From the NCBI GenBank assembly GCA_964187785.1, contig OZ076409.1, positions 21,950,001-22,014,000 of the forward strand: DNA of 64,000 nt. The letters are read 5' to 3'. The notes beneath the pieces are model-generated. The model was not told where the DNA came from. It was given only the letters and a program-made list of their open reading frames with translations, and ran no database searches. Both the position numbers and the translations under genes were made by a program. Numbering within the stretch: position 1 is the stretch's first letter; each line of letters starts with the position of its first letter. The stretch is from Amphiscolops sp. MND2022. Taxonomy: Eukaryota. Below are positions 36,501 to 48,649 of this stretch, in pieces.

Positions 36501-38462
36501 TGAGGGGGAAAGAGAAGAGGACGAAGAATGACAAACCAAAAGCCAACAGGCAGAACTAGAAAAACCCAAAACCTCAGAAGAAAATAAAACTGCACGAGAA
36601 ACCCACAAAAAATAACGCCGAGGTCAAAGGAGCCGAAACAAACCCTACTATTTTGGGAACAACATAATGGTGACGCAGGTGTCCCCATCCAAAGAGGCAA
36701 AAGGTGACTCACCAGAATACTAAACAAGGAAAACCTAACCCAAACTTCAAAAACTTTACCTTCAGTAAAACCAGGGCAATTGAGCACTTCGAAGCTTTCT
36801 GTTGCTATATGTACATTATTTATACTTACGTTTTTGTTGATGCAAAAATAGATACGGGGTACTGTAAATTTTTCGACAAGATTGCTTCTCCATTTATTGT
36901 GGGGGATGTGGCAAGCAAGTGCCGCCATTATTAGGTAACTCCTTTAAAGAAACTCTTGAACTAACAGGTTGTTTACTGACACAACCTTACTGAAAAAAGA
37001 AATCAAAAGAATCATTGCCGCAAGGTCTAAATTCAAAATACAGTTACTCCAAATTCAATCGGTTTTATTTGGGAAAGAGACAGCTGTAACATAATTGGAA
37101 ACCCTGCAATCAATTAAAAATTAAATTAATTGCAATTGATTTTTATTCAATCAATTTTTGAACATCCCTGGTTTTAAATGCTGACTATAATGAATATAGT
37201 CGTTTTTGAATATTTTAATTGTTTTCGAAAAAGTAGATGCATTAAATGCATTTTTTGGAAGTCTGTATCCAAACTCGTATGATGTGAGTATGTTCACTAG
37301 GTGAAACAAATACACGGGCATTTTGGAATTTTTTCAATCAAAAACTTCACTTGACTGATACTGATTGAATGGTGTTATAGTGTTTCCGATACTCTTTGTA
37401 TGCCCGAGAAGTATTTGTAGTTATAGACGACATTTTAATTGACGACGACGGAAATCCGGTCCTTCTTGTGCAAAAACAGGCTGAGCATAACCTGCCATGA
37501 TGAACAATTTATGACTTCACGTTAATCACAGTACGATCATACATGGGTATTATCAACAGACTGAACATAGGCTGGACATACATGTTTATGGTAGACGAAA
37601 CAACAGTAGACTGGATCATGCACGGTTCAGATCATATAAGCAAAAAACAATCAACGCAGACAATGATGAAGTTTTTCAGTGTTTTTAACTAATGTACCCG
37701 TGTTCACAACAAAACTGGAAGAAATCTTGAAAACATCAAGTTTGGCATTATATACTGATTCATCAATATTTGATCACGAATGAAGCGAAAATTTCCTGGA
37801 AACCTGGGGATTATTCTAACAAATTGCCAGCTGTGCGTTTTGTAAGCTGGACCGGCAACACAAAATTGCTTCGGATTGGATATTCTCAAATAATTGTTTC
37901 GAAATTCTAATTCAAAAGCTACACGAGGAGGGGTCTTATTCAGAAGTGTTTTTGTGGATCCACACGATGCTTATGTATAAGATACGATAGGAACTAGCAG
38001 CCCGTTCCTGATGGCGGGGTCTACAATTTTAACGGTCAAAACGTTAGTTGGTCCATTCCCAGTTTATAAGGACACGTTTCCTTTGCGAATAGAGAATATA
38101 ATTACTACAGTACTGTAGTGATTATATTCTCTATTCGCGAATGACAGTGAAATTGGATTCTTACAGGCTCTTGTCGTAAAATCCATCTTTACATTTACAC
38201 TTCTTTGTTCTGACGTCACACCACAAATTGATATCTTTTACATTGTTCATGTCACACTCGTTGCACACTTCAGTGCGTAGTAACATGCAACTTTTCTCTG
38301 GGTTTGAAGGAGCGCAATTGTCGTGACAGAATACACCCGCTTTTCTTGACTCCTCTCCTGTGTAATAACCGATGCTGCAGTGGAACTCGTTCGTTTCAGG
38401 GTTGCAGAACTCAATTCCGGCGGAGTATTCATCCACATAGTCAAGGTTCACTCCTACTTCCC
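27536..38462 (-). CDS. Multiple EGF-like-domain type I membrane protein (MEGF10/11-Draper-like). Exons 38462-38165, 35201-35072, 34574-34300, 32355-32159, 31416-31169, 30677-30487, 29296-29224, 28727-28478, 27771-27536; 5' exon(s) not found
   Basis: All introns are GT-AG with matching phases. Laminin/EGF-type repeats (CKCKDGFY..LCTEACPADKAGHNC; CDPVDGHCLCKPG; CPARMWGPNCDQECKC), TM helix WIVMAIVLAAGMVMGVSLIGCY and a Tyr-rich cytoplasmic tail. The 28478 donor is the weakest site. Confidence 0.85.
27975..28383 (-). mobile_element. Diverged HINE/DINE-like copy (intronic)
   Basis: AACAAGCTGGGAACGGGGTCAAGTCGG resembles 9422-9447. End AAAGCGTCGTCTAAAAA resembles positions 34-50. Confidence 0.5.
31739..32010 (+). 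mobile_element. tRNA-derived SINE with CORE-like segment
   Basis: tRNA-like head GGGGCGTGGTTTAGTGGTAAGAGC. TGTGGCCTTGAGCAAGTTACTT (~31926) resembles the CORE-SINE motif. A homologous body lies at ~40990-41145. Confidence 0.55.
32558..33674 (+). mobile_element. Tc1-type (DD34E) transposon with frameshifted transposase, intronic
   Basis: 28-bp TIRs CACTATTGTTCACTAAAGC..TTGACAA and TA TSDs (32556-57, 33675-76). Motifs FLDEVRF, FQDDNCPVH and WPPYTPDLNPIENVW, with 34 residues between D and E. Confidence 0.95.
33678..34000 (+). repeat. Interspersed non-autonomous repeat (second HINE-like family); inverted copy at ~40548-40950
   Basis: GGGGAGGAAAATCATAATCTGTG...TTCTGCCAA and GGAAAATATCCACGGTGC..CGGGCGTCTTGTTT match the reverse complement of ~40895-40946 and ~40548-40582. 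Confidence 0.55.
35353..35941 (-). mobile_element. hAT deletion derivative (may extend to a second TIR-like end at 37170)
   Basis: Ends CAGGGTGGTT / AACCACCCT with CAATTAATTG-rich subtermini. The minus-strand peptide MSPENNERLVREYF...WICKCGK parallels MSKNQAEICKTFF...WLCKCGQ of the 10769 element. Confidence 0.6.
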
Positions 38463-40619
38463 CTGGAATGAAGGAATCAAGGGAATGGGAGAAATGAACA
38501 TATCATATGCTAAGAGCAAGAATTTTGACAGGCACAAAGGAATTAGTTAGATTGAAAAAAATCACAATTTTTCAATAATTTTCTTTCCAATATTTTTTTC
38601 CTGAAATTATCAATAAAAGTTCCGCTCACGATTTTTCACTCAGTAGATTCTATAAACTATGCTGTGGTAGTTATTGGGCTTTTGCAAATTTCCGATTGAA
38701 TGCATTCAAAACCGAGGAAAGAAACATTGGAAAAGACGCAAAGAATCCCCGTTGACCGTTTTTTTGGAAATCCAACCAAGATTGTTGTAAACTAAAAAGT
38801 GCCAATTTTTTAGCGAAACATGCTAATATTGCCAATGAAGAAATTGCCATGCAATACAGATACGCATTCAGGGTAAAGATTGTTAACAGTGGTTTCTAAT
38901 TTTTAGTGCAATTACAACCAATGCTGTTTCGAAGCCCCTCGGAAGGAAGAAAGCCGAGTCATAAAACAAATTTCTCAATCGGTTTGTACTTTTCACATAA
39001 AGACACCGATGTCTCTAGCATCGTTTACTGATGAATGCGTGTCGAAAAATTTTAACCATACTGCCTATTAGTCCAAAACATCCGTTCAAGAAGTTAAAAA
39101 ACTCCACATTGCTTCAAACGTTCCTCTTTCATCCCCTCATGTCGGTCACCTTTCAGTCTTTTTCAAATTGTCTAGTATCTATCGCACGTAATGAAGGCTC
39201 TTCTGTTCTTTTTGTGATAAATCTTCAAAAAGCTCCCGTCGGAGAAGCAAGTATATGTCCATTTATTTCTTTGAAAAAGTCGAAGTTTACGACAAACTCT
39301 TGTGGAACAGTAGGTATTTAGTTTTTAGGCCTGTTTCTGGATTTTCATTATGCGTAGTTTTTCGCCGCATCTTCCAGATTTTCTTTCGGTGCAGTAATCT
39401 CGCTCGGTATGATTTCCGAAACTGAAATTTCATTAACCCGGAATGGAGGTGGAAATTTCTTGATACATTCAAAAAATTGGTGCTAAAACTTTAAACCGCA
39501 ATATCTCCAAAACTATTCAAGTCCGACAAACGATTTTCAGCGCGTTCGAAAGCAGACAATCAGGGCTTTCTTTTTGATATTTAAACTGCTGGGATGTGTG
39601 CCCGCTACCGCGCAAATTCCTCCGCTGGCGTGCGGCTTCGGCGCACTGGCTCCGGATTTTCGCCAAAACGTTTGCACGCGTGGTGTCTCTGGCTGCAGTT
39701 GAGCTTGTTTCAAAACATGTTTGAGCCCCTTTGACCTAATCTTGTCCCCAGTATTATGAAGCGGCCACACAAGAAAACAGGAAAAACAGAAATTTTGCTA
39801 ATTTTATTTTTTTGGTCCCGTTTACTTGATTTTGGAGACATCAAGTCAACAATCAAAGAAATTGCGTGCAATGCTCTGTAATTTTGTCTAAAAATCTTAT
39901 TCAAGAGTTTTTTTTTACCATACGGTGGGCTGGTGCCTTTAGAAGTTTGCAGATCTTAAGTCTTAAGTGGTGCAGCTATGTACCGCGATGGTAATTAGGG
40001 TTAAAACCTTCTCTTGAAAAACAGCTCATTTTGCTGCATTATTAACATGTCTCCTTTGGTTTCCTTTACGGACTGTTTTCTATACGTATGTTTCAACTAA
40101 CAGTCTGACAAAACACAAGGGTGTATGCAGGCTTTCGAAGTCGAAAGAATCTTGCTACTGTTTGCGCAAAATGTTTTTTTTGTCTAAGAATTGTTAAAAA
40201 CTAGCTTTTGTCTAGAAAATCCATAATATTGGTTGTCAGCTCTGGAATCGATCACCATGATCGGAACTGTTAATTTCTCAAAATTTAATAAAATTTAATT
40301 CCGTTGGTCTTGTGGTTAGTGAGTCTACGTTCGAGCAAAGAAGCTTCCACGGGCGAGTTTTCAATTTCAAGTTAAACCTTTCAAGTATGTTTTCTGATGT
40401 ATTTAACAATTTTTCTGAACGCAGCGAAAACGTAAAAATTTCAGGCAAAAATTTTTCCTAAATACTTTTTGTCTGTCCTGGTAAAAATGGCGGGATGGGT
40501 GTTCCAAATAAAAGGCAGGACAATCTGATTGCTTTTGAGAAAAAAAAAACAAGACGCCCGCTAAGCACCGGGATATTTTCCGCCATTTTCACCTTCACCA
40601 ACTGAGCCATAGCTATTTT

Positions 40620-40780
40620 GGAAGAGGGGAATAGGATCTAAAGAATAAGATCTAAAGATATGATTTTAGTAATTTTAGATCTTATTCCCTTAAGATCTTA
40701 TTCCCGTCCTGAAATTTTAGATCTTATTCCCTTTAGATCTTATTCCCTTTTTTGACTTTAGATATTATCCCCCTCTAAGC
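40620..40780. mobile_element. Mutator-derived MITE
   Basis: A ~160-bp inverted structure built from GAATAAGATCTAAA units shared with the TIRs of the 43319-45284 element. Flanks TAGCTATTTT / TAGCAATTTT are a likely TSD. Confidence 0.75.
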
Positions 40781-40822
40781 TAGCAATTTTAGTTACTTGA
40801 CTAGTAACGAATAAATAGTCAA

Positions 40823-40888
40823 GTGGATGGAGATAGTCAGGCATGTGGATGGAGATAGTCAGGCAAGTGGATGGAGATAGTCAGGCAA
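40823..40888. repeat. 22-bp tandem repeat x3
   Basis: GTGGATGGAGATAGTCAGGCA(T/A) three times. Confidence 0.95.
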
Positions 40889-40989
40889 GTGAAGGTTTGG
40901 CAGAATTTGGAAAAAAACGCATCACAGATCATGATTGTCCTCCCCCATTGAAAATTGGGGTCGCAAAATAATTATAAACCTCTTACCAT

Positions 40990-41145
40990 TTGAGTGGTAT
41001 GGTCAATGACAAAAAATAACGCATTTGGCAGAGAAAAAGCAAAACAAAAAGAGCAACGGTGAGCAGTCAGACCTTTGTGACCTCGAGCAAGCCACAGCTC
41101 AAGCCCACCATTGCTTGACAACTTGGCTGCAAATATGGGTACCGA
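40990..41145 (+). mobile_element. 5'-truncated copy of the CORE-like SINE
   Basis: GTGGTATGGTCAA...GTCAG..CTTTGTGACCTCGAGCAAG..CCACAGCT...ATTGCTTGAC...CTGCAAATA is collinear with 31852-32003. Confidence 0.55.
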
Positions 41146-43318
41146 CTCAAAAAAGCAGAACTTATTCGGCGTCTACCCCGCGGTAAAGAGGAAATTAACT
41201 CTAACTACTCTGCAATCTTTCTTTGCTCGACTGAATCGATGTTGGAAGAACTCAAATGTGAGGCTTTTCAGACTTCGAGGCAAACAACAATTTCCGACTG
41301 ATGTGCATATCTCTCTTTTGATATCGAGAAATTGTTCGAACATAGTTTGGCAGGATGGCCTGATACTCCTCTTCTCATGGCTCATTGTTTAGAATACCAG
41401 TTTTTTCCACAATTAGATCTCTGGTACTTTCAGGATGTGCCGGTGTTCTCAGATCAATTGTATTTGAAGGCATAGAAGGATCAACCTGTGTCACCATTGC
41501 ATTTTCCTAAATGTCAGATGCGTTAATTTTACCAATTGTGGTGATAATAAGCACTCTCAGGGATTCCACAAAAGCTCGTGGTGACTCAAGCTCCATAGGA
41601 GAGGAACAGTATTCCAAAGGTACAACTGATATACATGAAAAGAGACATAGATCAAGTACTGATTAAAACAACCCCTTGCCTGAAAATCAAACAGAAGACT
41701 CTCTAGAGCATGGGCAGAGTCATGACAACAATACAATGGGCCAGGACAAAAATCATTGTCGAGTTACTAAGTTTGGCATTGTCGAGTTACAATAAGGCGA
41801 GTTACTAGTTTGTTTGAATATATTAAAAGATAATTGTTTGAATAAACAATGAAATAGGTTAAGTCTCAATAGTTTTGAGGTTCGTTGAATGAATTTTTGA
41901 AAAATGGGTGTCTGGTTCCATTATTTTTCTGGTGAATGGCAGTTGTGATGTGATTTAGTGTTGCTTTTCAGACCCGACATAGGAGTTAGGCTGCAACAGA
42001 TGGCGTTTTACAACGAAATACTTTGCTGTATGTGAATTTTTTTCGAACTGTTTGGATGTTTAGGTGAGAGTTTCTTTGTTTGGACTAAAGATTAGGTTTT
42101 AAACTGGCAGAGGCACCTATTTTGGTTTGTGGCTACAAAATATTAGCAGTATCAATGCGCCTGTGTTTTCTGGTTTTTTTTTCAAAATTTCAACCCAGTA
42201 TGAAGTTTTTTGAATGTCTTTCAATGCCTTCCTACATGGAAGGAATAAATGAGTAATGGAAAACGCTTAATACCTGCTGCATCCCAGCATGCGGAGTAGG
42301 CGTCACATCTAGCTGCATCTTTGTCACATCCTAAAACAAAGGAAAACAAAGATTGTGTCAATAAACTTGTGAGCATGCAGCAGCGCTACAGCTGTCAGCT
42401 GATTCAATCAGGGCTGAGACACCTTAGAGTGACGTGTCATTTTGGTCGCGAGACAGAAGTTAGCAAAGTTCAACTCGGAGTGATCCGAAAGGATGCGGGA
42501 TGATCATACAACCAATATGAAAACAAAGACTTATAAAAGAATCAAAATATCGAAATATATTTTTGACTTCGTTGCGTTTTTAGGAGTCACACAAAATTTT
42601 CGAATACTGAGGCAATCGTACCTTTTTTCTCACGACTTTTGAATGAAAATTTCAAATTCTCAAACACTGTCTGTAACGGCAAGCTGTTATCGGTCGCTTA
42701 ACGCGTTAACAGAGGTGGAGGAACCTGCAGAAATGGGTGAATCGCTCGGGACAGGCGCCGATCGCCACAGATCCATTTTGCCTCCAGGGGTGAAATACGT
42801 CCCGGGGCCGCGGGTGCTTCGACGAATACTGTCCAACCGGTCCTAGTCTTTAATTGCTAATAGTAACGGGCATCTTTCTGACTCTCTAAAGACCACCGCT
42901 TAACTAGCATATAAAAACAATGCCAAGAATAAGGTAAATTTCCAGTTCCAGAGTGACATGTGAATAGGATCTAAAACTGGGGAATAAGGTCTAAACTAGC
43001 GCTAGCGCTACTGAATACAGCCAAAATCACTGAAAATACATGAAAACAGGCACGAATATGGCAAACCACACAGCTACAAGCTGGGGCGCAGGGACTCCAA
43101 GCACCAAACAAGGATCTTTAGGCGAAAAGACTCATTTTTACGGTTTCCGCTACATAGGGTAGCATAATGCTGAAAATCAATAAAACCGGTGTTAGCACCT
43201 CAAAAAGAGTCTATTTTCAGTCGTTCTTGCCGTCTCTGGCTTCTGTCATGGCGGCGCGCCCGTGTTTTTGCTCGTTCTTGCTCTTTGTTGTCGAAGTACC
43301 TGCCAATTTCGTAGAAAC

Positions 43319-45284
43319 GGGAGGGGGGAATAAGATCTAAAGAATAAGATCTAAAATCAAAAAAGGGAATAAGATCTAAAGGGAATAAGATCTAAAATTT
43401 CAGAAGGGGAATAAGATCTAAAATTTGAAAAAAAGAGCCAGCAAAATTGTGAATTGTGAAATTATCACGAATTAGCTGCATCATCGAAAGCCACAAAAAC
43501 ACTTCCATTTATTTTTTGCCCACACATTTTACAGCAAGAAAGCTTTCCGCAATAAAAACATAGCATATGCCCACAGGGTTGAACAAGGAAACAAATGTTA
43601 TTTTGGTCGCATCCGACACACATGTCATAATTTTCTTCATCATCCTCGGAGCATTCAAGATTATCATCTCCGGATTCAGTCGGGTCTTCATTCTCATCTT
43701 GGTCCTCGCCACCAAATGTTTCAAGTTTATGAAAGGATTTTTCGTTGGCTCTGCTAACACGCTTCAAAAACTCGGGGAGGGTCAAACGACCATCCCTGAG
43801 GCGTTCTTCTGCATCTTTTATTGCAGCGTCAACAGTTTTAGAGAATTTTGAGCGGCGCTTTCGCGTTTCAGAACCAGTTGCCAGATCGTTCATCTCAAGA
43901 AAGTAGCTTTTAGCAATTATTTTGATTCTTAGTAAAAATACCCAGAAATTCGGATGGCGAACTTGAATTTTTCGCAATAATCCCCAATGAAAACATTCGA
44001 CCTCCGAGTTCGTTCTTCGGACACATCCATGCACAGAAAGGAGTTGATGGGGAATTTTCCCCATCCAAAACGACTCAATATAATTGTAAAATTTGAACAC
44101 GTTGTCGTCTGTATTCTGAAACTTTGAAGGTGACAAATATTGAAAACCTTCAGGGATTTTCTCAGCAGGTAGAAGGGGCAGAGACATCAGCTGCTGAAGC
44201 CAAAAAAGAAGCGTTTCATTTCTTCTGAGCCCGAAATGAACCCACTTTCTCCAAAGCGCTTGTCTATAATGAAAGTAGCAGCCTTGCATTTCACATTCAA
44301 ATGTGAATTGAATCGAAGAATATAGAGCTGTTTCAAAGTCAACAACGCATTTTTCGGTTTGAACCCCGGATAGTTGTTACGTATTTGGATGAATGCAGCG
44401 TCATAGAGTGTTCGACATTTTGCTGTCATTAAAACATAGAAAACTGGCACCAAATCGTCAGAAACTACGCAGTGGATTGTTAAGAGCTGGTAGAAACATT
44501 TCGGAACAACCTTGAATGTTGCGTCAGCATGGATAGTGGAAACGCTTTCGATGATATCACAGGGTGTTTGTGTGAAGAATAGGAGAGCATACTCCTTTCC
44601 AGCTATGATGACGTTACGGAAAAAATGATTATCATCAATTTTCCCCAAGTCAGTGCTGAGCGCGACCTTAAATTCTTCAGAATTACTTGGAACTGCTGGC
44701 AAAGTTGTGGAACGTCTTTTCTTTAATGTTGAGACAATTTTTGGAAATGGTCTTAGATTTTCGTTGGCGTTTTCGTCATATATTTGCCTTAATGAAGTAC
44801 ATGTTGTCTCAGCTGTATCCTTTATCACTGACTCTGTTTTATGGCGCTTCACTGCATTATGTTCTGGGGGATGATCACACTTTTTAACGATACTCAAAAA
44901 ACCACAGTTTAATTCTGCTGTACCTTTGCATTGATCACGCCATCTATGGCATCGCAGATAAATTTTGTCTTTGACTGCCGAATTCTTGACAAAAATAAAA
45001 CCCTCACTGACGTAGTTCACTGATCCTTTCCGTTTGCCCTCAATTTTTTCATAGTTATTCATCTCAACTGAAAAGTAAAAAACCTGACTTTGAACCACGA
45101 ACATTCGAAAAAAGTACATTCCTAAGTACATTCCGAACGAATAAGATCTAAAGGGAATAAGATCTAAAATTAGATCTTATTCCACTCAATTTTAGATCTT
45201 ATTCCCTTTTTCAAAGTTGAGCATGTCACAATTTTAGATCTTATTCCTTTAGATCTTATTCTTTAGATCTTATTCCCTCCTCTA
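43319..45284 (-). mobile_element. Mutator/MULE DNA transposon
   Basis: 9-bp TSD CGTAGAAAC (43310-43318, 45285-45293). TIRs are built from repeated GAATAAGATCTAAA units. Confidence 0.93.
43465..45062 (-). CDS. FLYWCH-MULE transposase with C-terminal RING finger (~532 aa; one 1-nt frameshift at ~44350)
   Basis: FLYWCH-like YLRCHRWRDQCKG...CDHPP, HADATF (D1), VVDFE (D2, after the shift), GCYFH (CxxH), RTNSEVE (E). RING: CVGC...PCGHMLCFYC...CKMC. Confidence 0.9.
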
Positions 45285-46301
45285 CGTAGAAACAGCGAAA
45301 AGAGCAATCACATGCTCCGTGCCACGTCACACATCGAATTCGAATTTTTGACAAAATTTCTGAACATGTCAAAGTTGCAAAATCGTTTGATATTGCTGTA
45401 CCAGAGCTTGCCGTTACAGTCCATACGATTTTTATGCAATTTTGAACACTCATTCTACTCCCAAGGTGCTCCTGCGTGCGTCAAAAGTGTAGCCGTCAAA
45501 CCTGAGAAACAGCCAAAATTAGCCCAAAAATGGCCAAAGAACCGCTACTTCTGGATTTTCTCAAAAACTTCTACGATTTGAACGAACTTTTATGAAGTCT
45601 TTTTACACCATATATAGGCTTCACATGTGCAGTTTATCAAAATGGCATGACTGGGATTCGAACGAGAGAGAAATAAAAAGTGAACAGTAAAATCCGACTC
45701 CTTTATCGCACATGCGGCTCTGGTTACATGTACTTTTTATCAATGATTTGAAGAGCCTACAAAACTTTGTGAGGTGGATTATTTACTTCAGAATGGAACA
45801 GAAAAATAAAACAGCGAAGAACTTTGAATTTTTAAAAATGTTGTGTTATTCATAGATACAGCGAAAGCTCAAATGCGGGTCATTGAATAACGTCATGTAA
45901 GTTACACTAATATTCCTTATTTCTAACACAGCATACAAAATCTTTTCAAACAACCCGTTCGAGATAATTTTGAAAATGAAACAGCTTTTTGAATTCGTTG
46001 ACTACTTCTTCTCGCTTCGCTAATTCGCTGTTCCGCGAATTAGTGACGCCAAAGCCCCAGATACTTTTGATTAGGTTCGTGGAAAAACGAAACGAGTAAA
46101 ATTCATTCTTCACAAGTTCGTCCTATTTGAATAAAATCTATGAGGAACTGTCTCAAATTTTTGAATCTTCAATTTAGATTTTTGAAAGATATCAGTTGCG
46201 GTGTCCCATTGTTAAGAATTCAATTTTATGTTATACCCACACAATACCTACGCAATTCCTGGCACCACGACAATTCGTACAAACGACATTTCGTACAATA
46301 C

Positions 46302-47855
46302 TGTCGTAAGCACGATTGTCCGAGAATGTGAATCCGTCCTTCTGACGATCACTAAGTGTCTTACTCTTCAAATTGTTTCTAGAGTCTGCATTACGCAGAA
46401 CTTCGGAATATTCTTCCGGTCTCTCAGACGGAACGTTCCATCTCTCTTTGGCCATATGTCCAGAATCGGCCATTAGGGCATTTTGGATTTGGGGAAGTAC
46501 CTGATTACTTATAGCCTCACTTATAGCTCTTTGGATTTGAACACTGACACTATTCATCATCTCATCCATCTCCCGAGATATACGGGAATTCAACTCACTC
46601 GACAATCTGTTGATCTCAGCGTTAGAACTACCTCTAACTGAATTCTGTCCTAATTCGGCATTTGGACCAGGCTCGTCAGTTCTAGAGTTGGGCGATCTAT
46701 TTTCATCCTCATTTTCAAATTCATCACCAAAAAGACTATTAGGTCTTCTGGCCTGATTACTATTTAAACTTTCACTTCTTTCATTCCTGTTGAAATGATT
46801 TCCTCCGAGCATTATGTCTAAGTTCTCGATGTCGGATAACATTTCTGCTTCTCTTGATTTTCTTGCTTTCTTTTGCTTCCTTGTGGTAGGCATTTAGATA
46901 GAAAGTCCGAGGTAAATATTGAATTATTATTTTCGGAAAATAAGAATCAACTGTTTGGTACAAACGTATTACACTTGTGTGTCCCTCAGGAGTGAAACTC
47001 GTATATATACTCTCTGAGGTATGACTTTTACAAAAGGAATTCACAAATAGTATTCAAACATTCCAATCGGGGCACGGGACTAAGGATTTTAGCGGGAAAT
47101 ACACTGCAATCTCCAGTTTTCCGACTCGATTGGGAATTCCTAGCATTCTAGAATTACAATTGTTTATCTATCAAAGGCGGCATCAAAATATTTACTAGTG
47201 CATCAAATGGATCTTCTGTCCATCAAAGGACCTAGCACTCATCAGGAATGTAATATGGCCTTGAAGGCCTAGCAAAAGGTTGAGTATTAAGACAAAGCAT
47301 CGGTTATAGGAAAAGATCTGGCTATTATGAAAGTACAAATACAACAAACATAACTCGTCTCATGTTAAATTACCAGCTTATTTCAGCTTTGAACAGAGGG
47401 GACGAAACCGGCCATTTGACCAGTGTATCAAAAGAGAATATTAAAAGCACGGCAACTGGCCTTATTCGGCCATTAATTAAATAGCATCAATAAACGAGAT
47501 TACATACTGCGATTTGATTGGCTGAGATAACGTGCTCAAGTGACGCTACCGGTACAGTGCCGTACATCACTTGAACACGTTTCCTATACTGCCTTACAGT
47601 CGCTATTGCTTTCAATTATCGCATCAATTCTAACCATACAGTAATTTGATTTGGATTACTCCAATTGTATTATTTTTAACAGACTAATCAATGTAACTGA
47701 ATTTACAAAAATACAAAAGCGTGTTTTGTTACAAAACGTTAGCATAACAGTTTAAAAGTTTCAGTTTCAGAAAATTGGTAGAGTACCTGGTGCCGTTTCC
47801 TGATCTGCGGATGTCGTTGTAATCCTTGTGCCGTCACAGGCGGCAGCCTGCGACA
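46302..47855 (-). repeat. 3' LTR (1554 bp)
   Basis: Direct repeat of 60488-62278 with about 9 substitutions seen and a 237-bp deletion. Minus-strand ends TGTCGCA...TACGACA. Confidence 0.95.
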
Positions 47856-48555
47856 CTGCAGGAGCGACGAAAAGCAGACTGCCCGCGTTCAGCCCGTTGA
47901 TATAAGCTTCGCGCCTTAATCTCGTAATGTACTCCGGTTCGTCCCGCGGCGTTGACCTCTCCATATACCAGTTGACTTTCTCGTCCTTTATGTCATCTAC
48001 GGACCTGCCACATACCAGACATCCTGTATAGCGCACTCTGCTGATATCTTCGTAGGGTTGCGTATTTTGCACATGATAAGAGGCATGAAACCCGCTTGCA
48101 AAGGATTGTACTAAGGGAGTGTGATTGCTTGGTCCTTTCTCGTGTTCCGGCGGCGACATTGGAGACTCCGGTACCGGCAGCAGCGTCTTGCATAGCTCAA
48201 TTCGCGTCTTCTCCACTCTCTTGGGTGGAGCGTAGCATCTCTCATGGTCGAAGTATCTTTGGTCCATTTTGGGGGTAGTGTCCTTGTGCGGCTGTGAGCT
48301 GCTTGGACCGGCTACCATGTGTTCCTCTTCGAAGTCCTCCGTGGTCATGATTCTGCCTCCTATCAGCATAGGGCTCGAAGTCACTTCTTTCTCTATTCTC
48401 GCGATGAGCTGCTCCGTGTCCGTGGAACAGTCCGTTTCCCATACTTCTGACAGTTCGTCGTCGCTACTTGATATGTAAATCACTGAAGCTTCAGACTCAT
48501 CCGAGCTATCTCCGTCGAAGTCAAATAATTTTCTTGCCAAGTTGTATTTGGACAT
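47767..48555 (-). CDS. Retroelement accessory ORF3 (262 aa from ATG 48555), unknown function, not env-like
   Basis: Intact ORF in the env position with an acidic N-terminus (ARKLFDFDGDSSDESE) and CLVC. No signal peptide or clear TM segment. The last 89 nt lie inside the 3' LTR. Confidence 0.75.
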   Translation of the reverse strand: MSKYNLARKLFDFDGDSSDESEASVIYISSSDDELSEVWETDCSTDTEQLIARIEKEVTSSPMLIGGRIMTTEDFEEEHMVAGPSSSQPHKDTTPKMDQRYFDHERCYAPPKRVEKTRIELCKTLLPVPESPMSPPEHEKGPSNHTPLVQSFASGFHASYHVQNTQPYEDISRVRYTGCLVCGRSVDDIKDEKVNWYMERSTPRDEPEYITRLRREAYINGLNAGSLLFVAPAVSQAAACDGTRITTTSADQETAPGTLPIF

Positions 48556-48649
48556 TATGACTTTCTTTGCAATTTTTGAAACTTGTGAGTCGACTGAACG
48601 GTGAGGAGATTCAAATTCAAATAAGTTTACCAACTCCCACCTCAAGACG

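Noticed and set aside
36016..36934. K/E-rich ORFs and a minus-strand exon-like stretch
   Set aside because: Low complexity, and the phase-1 donor does not fit the phase-2 intron of the EGF gene.
41170..41760. Signal-peptide exon of the EGF gene
   Set aside because: The hydrophobic mini-ORFs end in stops without a suitable donor; more likely a decayed LINE 3' fragment.
46231..46893. 220-aa ORF as an independent host gene or segmental duplication
   Set aside because: It is the LTR copy of the gag 5' end; identity stops exactly at the LTR edge and TSD.
47767..48645. env gene
   Set aside because: No signal peptide, convincing transmembrane helix or furin/fusion-peptide pattern.
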